DNA from: Octopus vulgaris
Lineage: Eukaryota
Direction of reading: 5' to 3'
DNA: 64,000 nucleotides
Assembly: GCA_951406725.2 (NCBI GenBank)
Contig: OX597816.1
Span: 86,304,001-86,368,000, forward strand
Below are positions 13,764 to 29,113 of the stretch, one piece after another; the first letter of the stretch is position 1; every line of letters begins with the position of its first letter. The position numbers and the translations under genes are program-made. Under the pieces are notes generated by a model. That model was not told where the DNA came from. It was given only the letters and a program-made list of their open reading frames with translations, and searched no databases.

Positions 13764-13812
13764 AACGGCGGTGCATCAGCATGGCCGCAGCTCTGAGCTG
13801 AAACTAGAAAAA
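13764..13812 (+). mobile_element. Probable LINE 3' tail fused directly to U6
   Basis: aacggcggtgcatcagcatggccgcagctctgagctgaaactagaaaaa, same motif as 6006 and 57733. Confidence 0.8.
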
Positions 13813-13874
13813 TATATATATATATATGTGTGTGTATGTATGTATGTATGGATATATGTATATGTAACATACAT

Positions 13875-13925
<51 letters not shown>

Positions 13926-15026
13926 TCAATAAAATGCATCACCAACTTGAAGAACAAGCGACAAGTGTGTGCTTAAATCAATTCGATCTCAGTGTGTAAG
14001 AAGAACATAGCTAGGTACCAGAAATATTTTCGTAGGCGACTTACTGATTCTCCCTGCTTTGTTTTCCATAATATTAATATTAATAATCAAGGATTATTCG
14101 AAATATATTGTTATTCCACAGTAAATTTGATTCCTTTCTTGTGAACAAATAAGTTGAAAATTTAAATTATAAATACAAATTCGCTAACACTAGCTAAAGA
14201 TGTAGCCCCATCTTTCTACAAGTGGTTTTTATCAAAAAGTCAGAAAGTTAAGAATAAAATCATATACACAAATATAAAAGTTTTCCCGATTTATGCCAGT
14301 CTATGTTAACAGTTTCATCAATATTAATTAAATTTGATAAATATCGTTAAATTTTGGAAAGAGGAAAGCTCCAGGGAACTGCTTAATGTGAAAAAAATGA
14401 CGTTACGAAAAATAAAAGCAAAAGTCATTGCTAACAAAATTACTTTAAATTTTGTATAAAATATGCAGAAGAAATTATAGAACAAAATGATGTATGATAT
14501 TTAACCTCCGAAAACATTCTTACGAAGACACAAGGTGGTAGCAAAAGCAATGTGCTTCGACCTCATAAGACATATATGTGTGTTCTTTAATGATGCGATT
14601 TATATAAATTTATATTTACACATTTTAAAAGGCACATTACTTAAACTTGAAAATATTATATATTTCACACCCAGCTTATCACATATCACACACGTTCGCC
14701 CATGTACACAGAATGATTGTACGCGTGTGTGTGTGTGTGTGTGCATTTATGATTAACACACCTTTATATGCGTGTGTATTTAACTGTATGCAAATGTATA
14801 TATATCACCAGATATGTATTGTATGTATTAAATGCGTTAAAAACAACATTTACCGTGATTTCACTATTATAACTTTATATGTATGTATGTATGTATATAT
14901 GTATGTACTCTTTTTAACTGCAGTAATGTAATAATGTACATGAAGCTAAAGGCTCATATATATTATGATATAAATTGAGGCTAGGCACCTAAAGCTGACA
15001 AGACACGTGTAATTTATTGTTTTCTT

Positions 15027-15064
<38 letters not shown>

Positions 15065-15073
15065 AATAAATAT

Positions 15074-15137
<64 letters not shown>

Positions 15138-15654
15138 TGTGTGAATATACATATATATGTATTAGAAGAAATAAGGTACTCAGAAATCTGGATGGTTTTA
15201 TATTTACAGATTATTATTAATATTTAACATGTTTTTATAAATCATTTATTAGCGCTTGCATCAACTCTCGTGGATTCTTCAGATTGGATTTCTTCAAGAG
15301 ATTATTTTTCAGGAGGATTACTGAGTGTGTAGAGATAGAGAGAGATGTAAGATAGTAAAAGAGGGTGAGGAATGGGGAGAAAGTGAGAGTGTGTGTGTGT
15401 GCGTGCCTTTGTATCTGAAAGGATTGTCAATGGAAAAGCGAAGGAAAGGGAGAAGGAAGAGAAAAATAAGAAAAAATGTGTTTACTTCTATACAGCTGGT
15501 CACGTCTTTTAATAGAAAGTGATTCTTGGCCTGTAGAAATGGCAAAACCAGGTAGCTACTCCAAGATAGTGGCTAAATGTTATTTTTCAAAAAATTGTCT
15601 GGATTACTTTTTATCATTGTCTGGTGAGAGAGAGTGTGTATGTGTGTGTGGGTG

Positions 15655-15734
<80 letters not shown>

Positions 15735-16380
15735 TGTATGTATGTATATATATATATATATATATATGCATACACACACATTTATCTGTGTGTGCATGTG
15801 TGTGTGTCTGTGCGTGTGTATGTATATATTTATATACTCACACACATTCATATATACACATAAAAATAAAACTACGGAGAAGAAAGCAGTATTACTACGA
15901 AAAGATAATTTTGATCTCCATATTAACGTTGCGGTAAATCACAGAATACTTGGTGATTTATCATGAAGGGATCTCTCAGAAGGACCTGTGGTACATAAAA
16001 TCATTCAGCATCATTTCTTTGGCAGAAGAGAATCGTTTGCTACAGCCCACGAGTTATTTGTGACACCAGTGCCTGAATAACCACTAAGGATCTATATATC
16101 ATTAACAGGAGATTCGGTTATTATCTCTATGCTAGATATCTGTCACTGAGGAACATACATGAAGGTAAAAACAAGTGATTTAGCTGTTACGGTGTCTGTG
16201 GTAGACAAATCACGCCTGTCAACGATATAATTATGTGTACTGCTTTGCACTTCGAGTCCATGTGAATGAGATACTTAAGGTATATAACGCAGTATTTTGA
16301 GTTCGAAAACAATCTCCATGTTAAGTTGGAAATCAAGTTATGTATATATGCGAGTATGCATGCCTGTTTGTGTATGTATA

Positions 16381-17270
16381 TACGTGTTCTGATCAATAAA
16401 CATCAAACCTGTTGCCATAGTAACGAAGCTAAAGCACGCAGAGTAAAGCTGCTGGGTACAAATTGATATTTAACTCTGCTGTGCATGCCCACTAAATTTT
16501 GACGTTCTAGATCACTTCAATTGTTTAGAGCAGTGCTTGTAAGTAAGGTGTGTAACGTGTGATCATCGCATTCACCATGACAGAGAAAGTTGAGCAGAGG
16601 ATCTGCATTTAAATTTTGCCACAAACTTGGCGATACCTCCTCAGAGGCCTTCGCAAAGTTTTCAAAACGTTTTTCATCGTTCTCAAAACAATCAAGTAGA
16701 TCTTGTGTAGCTGGAACCAATGTTTTTTAGGTCAGCTGAATGCACTTTTGACGCAAACTTGGCAGACACACTTCTGATATCTAAATTGTCAGTAATAAAT
16801 AGACTGAACTGAAACGTAACTTATCTGCACATTCTCTGATAATTTACGAATTCTGATGCGACGATTTCCCCTCACAGCTGCACTTATATCTGTGATGCTT
16901 TTCTCAACTCTGCTGGTTGCATGTCTCCCAGAACGGTCGTCAATATTGACATTTTTCCAGCTCTCTTGGAAACATCTGCCCCACTCGTGGACTTGAGTGC
17001 TACTCGTAAACACCTCTCCCTACACTTTTCTGCAACTTTGCGTAGCCTTCTGAGCAGGTATCGGCACGATAATTTTCTCTGTCATGGTCAATGCGACGAT
17101 CACACGCGCGACACACCTTCCTTCCAAGCACTGCTCTAAACAGCAGAAGTAAGCTAGAACGTCAAAACAGCCTGCATTCACAGCGGAGTTGAAGATCAAT
17201 CTGTTCCAAGCGTCTTCACTCTGAATGCTTTAACGTCTTTACAATGACAACTTATTGATCAGACATCGTA
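16381..17270. mobile_element. Non-autonomous mariner built from two inverted 5' ends
   Basis: TA-flanked ends tacgtgttctgatcaataa / ttattgatcagacatcgta; ~210-bp inverted arms each reaching the transposase ATG (MTEK..); minus-strand interior FQESWKNVNIDDRSGR..VRGNRRIRIRKLSE. Confidence 0.85.
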
Positions 17271-18450
17271 TACAGGCTCTCCAGAAACGTGTATACACAT
17301 TTCAACTGATGATATCTCACTGAATTTTCATTTCTTTTAAAATTAAATCCACTAGCAATAATGAAGCAAAGTCGACTACGATTTAAACAAAGATACTTTG
17401 TTCTAAACTTCTACTGCTGCCTAAATGCAATGGGATCTTAAGCGGTAGTTTCAGAGAGCTGTGCACATAACACAGCATTACTCGAAGTAGAGTTACGTTT
17501 GAAACATATGGAACAGACCAGAATATTCTTCAGAAACATCCGGAAGACATTGAAGAACTCAGAAATCTAGGAAGGATGATAGAGACGATTTCCGAGCTTC
17601 CAATAAAATATATTCCGCAAGAAAATTTTAAAATAGGAATTTCAATAGCATGTGCCCATTGCATTTTGAAGCGCTGTCATTGGAAACTTGCATTCAAAAT
17701 ATAGTCCATCTTCTCAGAAAAGAAAATCCAGAACAATGATTGGAATTTTGCAGGTGGTACTTCAGAAGATGTGTACAAGGTTCACATTTTCTATCCAAGA
17801 TTTTTATTTACTGATGAAGCTATATTTAAATTAAATGCCTCAGCTTCAATAAGTGCATCTGCTAGCGACTTTGGAATCAGTATATTACGGAAGAGCATGC
17901 TTAATATTATGTTAAATTCCCCGTAGTTACAGTATGAGACGGCCCATCATCCAAATGATTAATTGAAGCTTTCTTTTTTGACAGTACTGTAACTGACACC
18001 ATTTAATTTGACCTGCTACAACAAACATTAAGATACGTTTGAAGATATGGAATTTATTTTTGGCAAAATGAGCCTCCCCAACCCTACCATAATATTGTAA
18101 GGGCCTACTTTCCTGAGGCTTTACAACACAAAGGAATTAGATGTAGTCGTTCAGAAGAAATTCTTGCGCATTCACCAGACCGCACATAAGAATTTTATGA
18201 GATTACTTGAAAGATAAGTTTACGCTACAAAGGCAGCAGCAGTCTATGAATTTAGGGAAGACGTTGAACGACAGTAGGCAGAAATACCGAACAAAATAGG
18301 CTTTCATGTTTGCAACTCCATTGCTTCGTTTTATGTGCAGAGCACCGTGACCATAAAAGTAATTAATTTCAAAATAAGTGTTCATAAAAATATAAAATTC
18401 TATTTATAGATTCTATTAAATTTTGAAAATAAAATGTATTTCAATACATA
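17271..18450 (+). mobile_element. Decayed Tc1/mariner-superfamily transposon, probably DD37D/maT-like
   Basis: Starts tacagg; fragments SKI.LFTDEAIFKLN, FWQNEPPQP (QQDGAPPH-like), LAHSPDR (PRSPDL-like). Confidence 0.6.
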
Positions 18451-18513
18451 CGGATTTAATAATCACCCAGGTTGTGTAAACTGATTTGAGATATCTTGTG
18501 TATATGTTTGCGA

Positions 18514-18568
<55 letters not shown>

Positions 18569-18688
18569 TATGTATATTGGCCTGCTCGCTTAGCCAGCGG
18601 TGTGGCGTCATTCGAAGGCTAAAACAATGCGAACGCATTGTGACCAGCGATGTGTAACTACATCTGATGGACTGGTCGGTCACGTGAT

Positions 18689-18731
<43 letters not shown>

Positions 18732-19028
18732 CACACACACACAGAGTTATATATATATATGCACTAGTGTATGCGTGTACGCGTGTATGTATGTAGTTCT
18801 GTGAATGTGTATGTACATGTGTAGACCTGTTATGTAGTATATTTGAGTTTAAACAATTACTTGAAGCACACAGCATGCTACACAACGTTACTACAGCACG
18901 AAACGAACAGTAGATCATTTTATATACTGTGTATATTATGTGATACTTATCTCTCACTGGGTGACTTGAAAGAGTACATTTTTGTTTGTTGATCCCAACA
19001 GCAACAGCAAAATATATGAATACATATG

Positions 19029-19215
<187 letters not shown>

Positions 19216-20770
19216 ATATATATGCATGTATGTATGTATGTATGTAGGTAGGTTGGTAGGTAGGTAGGTAGGTAGGTTGACAGATAGAGAGACAGAGAGA
19301 TAGGCAGGCAGGACAAACCAGCAGATAGACAGATAGAGATAGAGATAGCGAGAGATAGAGACAGAGAAAGGCAGAGACAGAGAGAGGCAGAGACAAATAG
19401 AAAGATTTATTGTAGATTAATTACCGTTATTGAGATGACATATCTTTAAACACCTTTCCTAATGAAGGTACTGTTTCTCTATTGCTATGGCTGAATAGAG
19501 CAAAACTTGCTTTTTCTAGCTTTTTAACCTACTTGAATAAAAGCGTGTATCTGAACAATATTTGTGAAGGCTAATGGATGTAAAACTGATTGTTTCCATG
19601 ATATTGTCTATAACATTTGGGATGCATTTTAGCCAAAATTCCTCCTACTTAAACAAAACGATTAGGAATAAATGTCAATTTGTTATTTTTGATAAGAATA
19701 ATAAAGTCTTCATGACGTTCTTTCACTTCATAATTTTACATTTGATTGGAATATTTTTAAAATAGAAGCCAACGCAATTGATACTTTACGAACTGAAACT
19801 TTTAGCAACTGTTTCACTTTGTCCTTCATAACTTCCACACATTATCTTCTGTTCTTTATTATACACAGCTATTGTTATACTTATGGGGTGGTGAAACATC
19901 CTAACCCACTATATCTCGGTGAGTTCCAACGAAATATTTAACTTGATCATAAAATAACAGCAACGCTAAATTTTCCTCGTGTTCATATAAGAATTTGTGA
20001 CAAACTAATGTATAAGCTGAATAAATTCTCTGGTTTCTATCTCTTACCTTCAAATAAATAACTACAAAATCATATCAAAGATTAGCGTGCAACGAACTGA
20101 CATAAGGTCGGACAGCCAAAGGAACACGGCTGCTGTGATAATTGGGATTTCTCTACGTTTCCTTGTTTTCGTTTCCACTGTTCTTCTTTTATGTCTACCT
20201 CATTTTTGTATGATCTTTTGCGTGATATACGTACATATACACACACCATACACATATATACATACATATATATGTGTGTACATTTATGCAGACAGGCACA
20301 CACATAGGTATAGATGTAGAAAATTTATATACTGTAACAATTATAGACACTCAAACATACACACACGAAATACATACATGCATATATGTATATGTGTGCA
20401 TGTGTGTGTGTGGGTGTGTATGTATAGTTGTTTTGAATAAGACTTGAAGATCCGTATTTAGAGGCAAGTTGAAGCAATATATGTTTAAATAACTTTTGAA
20501 CACTAAAACCACTGCACTTTGTTGTTAACGTCTATGCTTAAATATAAATTGCCTATATCAAATTTCATTTGCAGTCAGACTCTGTGCTTTCATCTGTAAA
20601 CCTTTGTGGTTATATATCATTTAATATGTCTATCATTAATATATATATGTATGAACATATGTCTACTTATGTACACATCGTTCGATTTAGATATAGATAT
20701 ACATCTATCGCTCCGTCTCTCTCTTTCACTGTCTCTGCCTCGCGTTTCTCTCTCTGTCTCTCGCTGTATA

Positions 20771-20820
<50 letters not shown>

Positions 20821-21004
20821 TGACTCTTCAACGTGTTAACATGTACGTCGCGACAATCTGAACTTTCATTAAATAAAGAGTAGCCTGCAGTATGCAACTG
20901 ACTTGGATATTTATCACTTCCGAGTTTCCGCTCACTATGAAACATACGTATCCCGGATCTTATCTACTGCACTCCTTAACACTAGTGTGTGTGTATACAC
21001 TCAA

Positions 21005-21064
<60 letters not shown>

Positions 21065-21080
21065 ATGTATATATATATAA

Positions 21081-21397
21081 TGGCAGTCGCCACATCAAAT
21101 TAGTTGTTTCGTGCTACTAGTCGTTTAACCTCAGGCAGATTCTCCACCAGCTATTTATCGCTGCAGCTATGCGTCCCTTACACGCAATATCACTACAATC
21201 CTCTAGCAGGTAACAGGATCGTGAGACTGACTCAGTTTCATGGCAGAGCGATAGAGTCCGCTAACGCTAACAATATATTGTAAACAAAGTAACCATCGGT
21301 CACTGATTTGCAACATTATATTGCATATAAAAGATGCAGCGTCACACCAGGTGGCGGAGAATCTGCTAGAACAGCCATTTTCATGTGGCGACTGTCT
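21081..21397. mobile_element. MITE with terminal and subterminal inverted repeats
   Basis: ggcagtcgccacat / atgtggcgactgtc and gcagattctccacca / tggcggagaatctgc. Confidence 0.65.
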
Positions 21398-21451
21398 TTA
21401 CTTTTCAGTGTAGTTACTACGCTATCTCGAGATTTAAGAACCAACTATATT

Positions 21452-21531
<80 letters not shown>

Positions 21532-22434
21532 GTTTGTATTCCATCGTAAATTGAATGTGTGTATCAAGTTCAGAAGTGCTTGAAATTATTTAAGTCTCTC
21601 AATACTTTCGTACCAGAGAATGAAACAGTCATCTAGATATATTTCCCAGTTATTTTCTATGTACAAGGAGAATAGCTTTCCGTATTTTCCAGTACCGTAC
21701 GATAAAGATTGATATCTAGGCACGCCATGGCTATATTAGCAAAGGAAGGGGCCATTCTCTTGCCCATTACAGTCCCCGATTATTTGTCTATAGAAGGTGC
21801 CATTAAATACTGGGGCGGTGAGTTTCGCATAGGAGTCCTGGTCTAGGTCATTAGGAGTAGGTACCTTGCCTATCAGGCAACTTGACCATTAAAGATGATT
21901 CCGCGAACAATCTACTGTATGACACCACTGACGTCTTTCTCTTATATTCCTCCTTCCGCGTCTCTCCCTACTCTTACTTCTCCTCCTTCTTCATCATCTC
22001 CTTCTTCTCTTACGTTTTCTTCTGGTTTCTCTTCTTCTTCTTCTCTTTCTTATTCTTCTCCCCCAGCTGCTCCGGCTTAAACCATGAATTCTCTGTACAC
22101 ATAGAATTATTTCTTCCGATTTGCTACTTCCTACATACCAAACATTCATAAAGAAAGAGAGAGGGAGTGAGGCTATGTGAAGACTACGGATATATTTACA
22201 AACCATTTCACTTAATTTTTTTTTACTCCAATTTGATTCTATTTGTTATTTTAATCTTAGTTGGAGAAGTCTAGATGACAGAAACCGGTACTAAAATGTA
22301 CTTCATTATCCTTGCATTCTGTACTTGTGTTTCTTTTGTTATACATATCAACTCGTGTGTTACATTTCTACCTTCTAAACACGCACACACATACACACAT
22401 ATATATATATACAATATATATATATATATATATA

Positions 22435-22526
<92 letters not shown>

Positions 22527-22618
22527 TAAAAACGGTAAGATAATAAAAGAAAGTGGATTTCCACTTCGGCATCTGAAACTCAGAGCTTGACTATTGAGTA
22601 ATGTAACATATTATGTTA

Positions 22619-22667
<49 letters not shown>

Positions 22668-23886
22668 GTGAACATATATACATATATATGCATATATAAA
22701 TATTTATGTGTGTGCATGTGTGTGCGCGTGCGAGCATAGTATTTTATACATCCTTTTATATTGAAACTTTTTTTTCACTATTCCAACAACGATTAAATTA
22801 ACATATAGTCGCTGCTTCTATACTACGCAATGAAATTTGATATCTCCTGATACGCATATTCGCCAATGACTTGGAAATTGGGTCTAGGTATTTTAGTTAT
22901 TATCTTTCCCAAAGAGAATCCCCTAATATATATAATCTAAATGAAGGCAGACAGGTCGCAACATTTAATCGTTTATGACATTTCAAAATAGGAAACTGAT
23001 ATACTCACTTTGTTTATACCATATACAAACATAGTTGATTGATTCACCAGAAGAATATTTAACTGTCTCTTAATACATTTTCCAAATATTGTAAAATTAA
23101 TTATGAAATACAGTTATTTCGCATATTTAGTGATAGAAGCGTATTCACATTTATTATGACACATGATTATGCATTTTGCATAACGTTAATAAAGCATTCG
23201 TTTTTGTTTTGCAATTGAACTTCACTGAACATGAATTTTTCTGGGTAGTGAAATGTTACGACGGATTTCATATATTGGTTTCATTAATTTATTTACAAAA
23301 TGCACAAAAGCACTATGAATGTGAAAGATTGAAGTAAATTTAGTCCGGAGGAAGTGCAATACTTTTCTAAGGGCAGAATAACGGAAACTAGTAAATGCAT
23401 TTTCTTAAATGTTATTATTTATTCAGTGGTCGAAATTGAATCTCTGTAGTCCATGTAAGTTTCAAAAACATGATTGTTGAAATATTTAATACTCGTTCAT
23501 ATAATATCATTACGTTTGAAGATGGTTCTTCATAACGTGATTTCGCAACTGTATTCCCGTTAAGTACTCCTAAGATATTACTTCGAAATATATTTTAAGA
23601 TTTCCTTAAAACTAACGAAAAGCAAAAAAATAACCTCGTTTTGGATATCATCTACACGTTTTACTATTTCATATATTTACATTTAATGTAAAATCAATAA
23701 ATAACGTTTCAATAACTCCCATATGTAAAACAAATATTGCTGCTAAAACTAGAAAAATTCCATATTGGTTGCACCTTTTATGTATGCATGTAAATATAAA
23801 CATATATGTGTGTCTGCGTATGTGTGTACACACATACATACACACGTACGCACAAGTATACATACAGATATATATATATATATATA

Positions 23887-24109
23887 TTTCTTTACTACCC
23901 ACAACGGGCTAAACATAGAGGGGATAAACAAGGACAGACAAAAGGATTAAGTCGATTACATCGACCCCAGTGCGTAACTGGTACTTAATTTATCGACCCC
24001 GAAAGGATGAAAGGCAAAGTCGACCTCGGCGTAATTTGAACTCGGAACATAACGACAGACGAAATACTGGTACGAATTTCGCCCGGCGCGCTAACGTTTC
24101 TGCTAGCTG
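23887..24109 (-). mobile_element. tRNA-derived SINE
   Basis: Reverse complement has agctagcagaaacgttagc head, gagttcaaatt B-box-like motif, gaggtcgactttgcctttcatcc body, taaagaaa end; homologous to 38220-38447. Confidence 0.85.
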
Positions 24110-24303
<194 letters not shown>

Positions 24304-24595
24304 TCCGTAATAATGAAGGGTGAAATTAATTAATTTGGAATAATTATCAATTACAACAAGTAGTCTTCGGCATGTAAAAGCCTCATTCGAGGAAAATTTA
24401 AGTAATACTAAGCAATAAAGGGTTTAGCAACGAATTGCCTTACCACCGACCGAATTTAGAAATAGCAGTCAAAGAGTTATAGCTATTTCTTCTACTAAAA
24501 AGGGAGATCTCAGTAAAAACACAGCAATTGGAAGGCAGACACAAACAGGTAAGAGAGAATGAATTGACGGCAATCTATCATACAATTTTAAGTTA

Positions 24596-24695
24596 TCTAC
24601 GGACGCACGTTTCGAAATCAAGTTTTTAGGAAAGCATAAGAATTAAATATTAAATAATTCTACCTTACCCAAACTTCTTTTCTCTTCAGCGTAGA
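24596..24695 (-). ncRNA. Type I hammerhead ribozyme, copy 1
   Basis: Minus strand: TCTACG-CTGAAGA-GAAA(69-nt helix II)TTTC-GAAA-C-GTGC-GTC-CGTAGA; perfect 6-bp helix I, intact core, GUC cleavage triplet. Confidence 0.9.
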
Positions 24696-25190
24696 ATACT
24701 ATAATCATAAATGATTATATATTGAATTTTGAGATACTAGAAGGCACCAACTCAACTCAGTATCAGAGCGAGCTAGAATCCGCAACTAGTATCACCAAAT
24801 TCAAAGTGTGAATGAAAAGATTGTGTCACCAGCCCCTTCCCACCCGCGTGTAGCCAAAACCAGATGCCGTGGTCATCTACTGAGATAAAATATGGTTATC
24901 CGTAATAATGAAGGGTGAAATTAATTAATTTGGAATAATTATCAATTACACCAAGTAGTCTTCGGCATGTAAAAGCCTCATTCGAGGAAAATTTAAGTAA
25001 TACTAAGCAATAAAGGGTTTAGCAACGAATTGCCTTACCACAGACCGAATTTAGAAATAGCAGTCAAAGAGTTATAGCTATTTCTTCTACTAAAAAGGGA
25101 GATCTCAGTAAAAACACAGCAATTGGAAGGCAGACACAAACAGGTAAGAGAGAATGAATTGACGGCAATCTATCATACAATTTTAAGTTA

Positions 25191-25290
25191 TCTACGGACG
25201 CACGTTTCGAAATCAAGTTTTTAGGAAAGCATAAGAATTAAATATTAAATAATTCTACCTTACCCAAACTTCTTTTCTCTTCAGCGTAGA
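25191..25290 (-). ncRNA. Type I hammerhead ribozyme, copy 2
   Basis: Same motif 595 bp from copy 1. Confidence 0.9.
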
Positions 25291-25481
25291 ATACTATAAT
25301 CATAAATGATTATATATTGAATTTTGAGATACTAGAAGGCACCAACTCAACTCAGTATCAGAGCGAGCTAGAATCCGCAACTAGTATCACCAAATTCAAA
25401 GTGTGAATGAAAAGATTGTGTCACCAGCCCCTTCCCACCCGCGTGCAGCCAAAACAAGATGCTGTGGTCATCTACTGAGAT

Positions 25482-25858
<377 letters not shown>

Positions 25859-26741
25859 CAAATTGTGATTGAAGCTAAAGGGCTTCACACTGAATATTAA
25901 ATAATTCCAGTATTCTCTGTCATTTTTTATTATTTTGTTATTTTTTTCAACCGTTCTGGTCATTTTGACCGCCATGGGTTTTGCAGTGAATCATTAAATC
26001 ATCCATAAATGTTGTATTATCCTCTTAAATTACACCAAAATTTAAGACAATAATAATTGGTATTGTATTTATTGTCTGCGAAAATTATAGAAAATAAAAC
26101 AACATTGATAAAAACTTATATCTACTTTTCTGACGAAAACAATTCTGAATATTTTGGCCGCAACTGTATAAGCAATCCATCTTTTCGACTACTACCTTCA
26201 CAATGACTAAATGGGTTTATCCTGTCTCTTCATAAGCTCGTCTCAAACATTCAGATTAATTTTCCAATCGTCTTGGCTTAACAGCGCTCATCGTTTGTTT
26301 TTACTCTTTGGTTCTCATTGTTCTGTCATTTACTGTTTTTAATTTTTTTATTGTTTTTACTGTTTTGTTCTCACTGCCCTGTTCTTGTTACCAAGTTTCA
26401 CCCGCCGCAAAAAATCGCGAATTTTATTTAATTTGCTTTGCAGAAAGGACTGTTTCAACGAAGCCACACCTTGTCCTTACCTTCGTAGATAAATCAGGGG
26501 TAACTGAAGAAGGGGAATATTCGTTATGTTGTATGTCTCGTTTCTCATCATGTTCAACGTCTTTTAATGTCCTGTGCCCATATATTTATGTATATATACA
26601 TATATATGTAGGTATGTACATATATGTATGTATATATGCATATATTTATATATTATATATTATTCTGAGTGAACGCCACGCATCCTTTTTCAAGTATGTT
26701 TTATCTATATATTTGTGTGGTGGGGTATATGCATACAAAGT

Positions 26742-26770
26742 TGCAGGAGTGGCGGTGTGGTAAGTAGCTT
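26742..26770 (+). mobile_element. SINE tRNA-like head interrupted by the following insertion
   Basis: gcaggagtggcggtgtggtaagtagctt (A-box-like), similar to the head at 58145; continues as accac..ccgggttc after 29120. Confidence 0.55.
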
Positions 26771-29113
26771 GCTAACACACATGCGCAGTTAGTCAGTTGC
26801 TTCCTGTTGAGCCAGAGTGGACGTGAGTAACCAGCTCCGTCCAATTATAGAAAAAAGACCAAAAACGGAAAGTTGTCGAGGTGAGTGATTTTGTTTATTG
26901 TGAGTTGGGCATAATTTATTACGTGCCAATTATTATTCCAGTAAGTTGTGTCCAACTCTGAGACAATCTCGCCTGCTCTCGGCGGCTGCCGTTTTTGTGT
27001 TTATTGAAAAAAAAACAGTGGAGGGGCGTATCCTCGGAACCCGATACAGTTACTGTTAATATTACCGTTGGCGGTAGCCAGTGCTGTGTTTGGGTTTGTT
27101 GAATTTATTCCCTTGTCAGAGTACTTCGCAAGAAAATTATAAAAATAAGCCACTATTGGATTACCTTTCGGACCCATTTTTGTGGAGGTTGTGTTACAGT
27201 TGCGGCGTTCCAGGTTCAACTCAGGCCGGGAGTACCGTAAGGCCAGAAGATTTTTGCTGTGTTTTTTCTGTTTATTAACTTTCTTTTGAACTTCATTTAA
27301 CTCCCCCTTTTTTTTTTTTTTTTTGTTTATTGCGACTTTCCGTTGATTTCTTCCCTTCTGTTGTGCTTTCTCCTTTTTGTTTTTTCAAAAATCTATTAAA
27401 TTTTATTTGGACTTTTGAACTTTTTTCTTCTCGCTTTTTAAGTTTAATTTGAATATATTTAAAAAAAAACACAAAAAAAAACATGGCAATGAAAAATGAC
27501 AAAATTTTGGAATGGGAGATCATACCGCCTAAAAAGTGGTTAAAAGACCGTGAAGATAGGACGGTGGTGTTGAGAACCTACTCCAAGGCACTCGACACCA
27601 TCGGCCTGTTCGAAAAGACGGCAATTGAAAAGGAGTTGGCAGAGTATTTGCCAACAATTAAATTCATTTCCAGGGGTGTCAAATATGCAACGGTGTGGTT
27701 GCTATTTGACACCCCTGAAGAGGCTTGCAAATTTGCTAGTAAACCCCTGGAGGGTAAGGAAATTTTATTCCTGCCCACGTACCAGAAAAAGAGACTGACG
27801 AAAGCTTGGATTTGCGGGCTGCCACCCGGGATAGAACCCGAGCGGATAGAGGAGACTATCCGCCGTTTGGGTAGCAGCGAAACTAAGCTCCTTAATGTGA
27901 AAGTTCTTCCTGCGGCTGCTTGGGTTGGGTCAAAAGCAATTTTGACCCTTTGGACCCAATCAGCCAATCTGGTTCTTCCAGATTTTTTGAAAATGGCCGG
28001 GTGCAGGTACCCGGTGATGCTTAAGGGTCGCCCCTCTAAGTGTCATCGGTGCTTGGAGTCCGACCATATAAAGAAGAACTGTCCGCGGGAACAAAATAGG
28101 ATCCCGGAACAGTTAAGTGAAACCCCTGTAGAATAGGGAATGATAACGGCCGAGGAAGCAGAGGACTCCTCAAACAGAGGCCGAAAGAGGAAGGTGAGAA
28201 ACAATGGGTGCTCACCAAAGGATACTAGGGATGAGGAGGGAAAGGCGAATCTTCCGGCTACGGAGGAGACACACCCTCCCTCAGTTGAAAAGAAAAAAAG
28301 AAAAAGAGGAAGAGAAACGGGACATTACCGGCAGTCGGTGACATAGTACCTGAATGTCCCGGAACTACGTCGGTTGGGGTTGTGCCACCGACAGGAGAAG
28401 AAACACCGTTGGCGGGAACTGTGCCGCCAACGAAAGCATTGAATATCCCGCACCCGAGCAATAACGATGTATTGATCCTCTTCCATAGAGGCGGAGAGAT
28501 TGAAAAGTTGATGGAAAAGCACCAGAAGGGAGCACCTTTAGCCTTCACACAGGACCCCGAATGGCCTCCGCAGGTAGCTGTGGAGGCCGTGGCGTTCGAC
28601 GTGACGCTTGGGCTGAAGGAGCTCAATGAGAATTATAGCTTGGTCCCGGGCGACGCTAACTCGGAACTCGATTACATTCTGAGGGAGGCGTGGTGGATGG
28701 TGGAGGATGCGGGCACAAGTTATTTTGAGGACGAGTCATAAATTGTGATATGACTTAAGGGGCCCCGACCTAGAGCTGGCGCATTCCTAAGGGAAGTGTA
28801 AGCCAGGTCTAGGAGGAGGGGCTTTGTGTATTGTATTTATGTCATTTGTAATTATTGAACCATATTGTTGTTAGTAATGGACTGTTAAGTCCAAAAATTG
28901 AAAAATTGTAAAAATTGTAAGAGGTTCAATACCTCGTTTTGTGTTTGTTTTTAAAAGAACAATGTTTTAGAGAAGCAGAAGTCGGCGGGCGCTTCTTGTC
29001 TTCCATCCCCATCATCCTTCTTTCATTATCATTCATTTCATTAATGTCCTCGTCCAGCCCGCAAAGTTAACTTACTCTATGTACTGCCTTAATGGCAAAT
29101 GTTATGAAATAAA
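26771..29113 (+). mobile_element. ORF1-only non-LTR element (L1/Tx1-like, HAL1-like organisation)
   Basis: 5' cagttagtcagttg..ggacgtg, ~700-bp 5' UTR, gag-like ORF, ~370-bp 3' UTR ending AATAAA (29108-29113); candidate 9-bp target duplication aagtagctt at 26762 and 29112; no endonuclease or RT motifs seen. Confidence 0.75.
27483..28741 (+). pseudogene. Gag-like ORF1 with CCHC zinc knuckle, ~420 aa reconstructed; 217 aa open before an in-frame TAG, then one frameshift
   Basis: WICGLPPGI (RRM-like), KGRPSKCHRCLESDHIKKNC (CX2CX4HX4C, 28041-28082); 28140 ORF is in frame after TAG 28134-28136; probable shift in the A-run near 28290 into the 28382-28741 frame. Confidence 0.8.

Noticed and set aside
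15496-15623. Possible exon (tatacag..MAKPGSYSK..gtgaga)
   Set aside because: Short, no recognisable homology, no partner exons; splice-like motifs are common by chance
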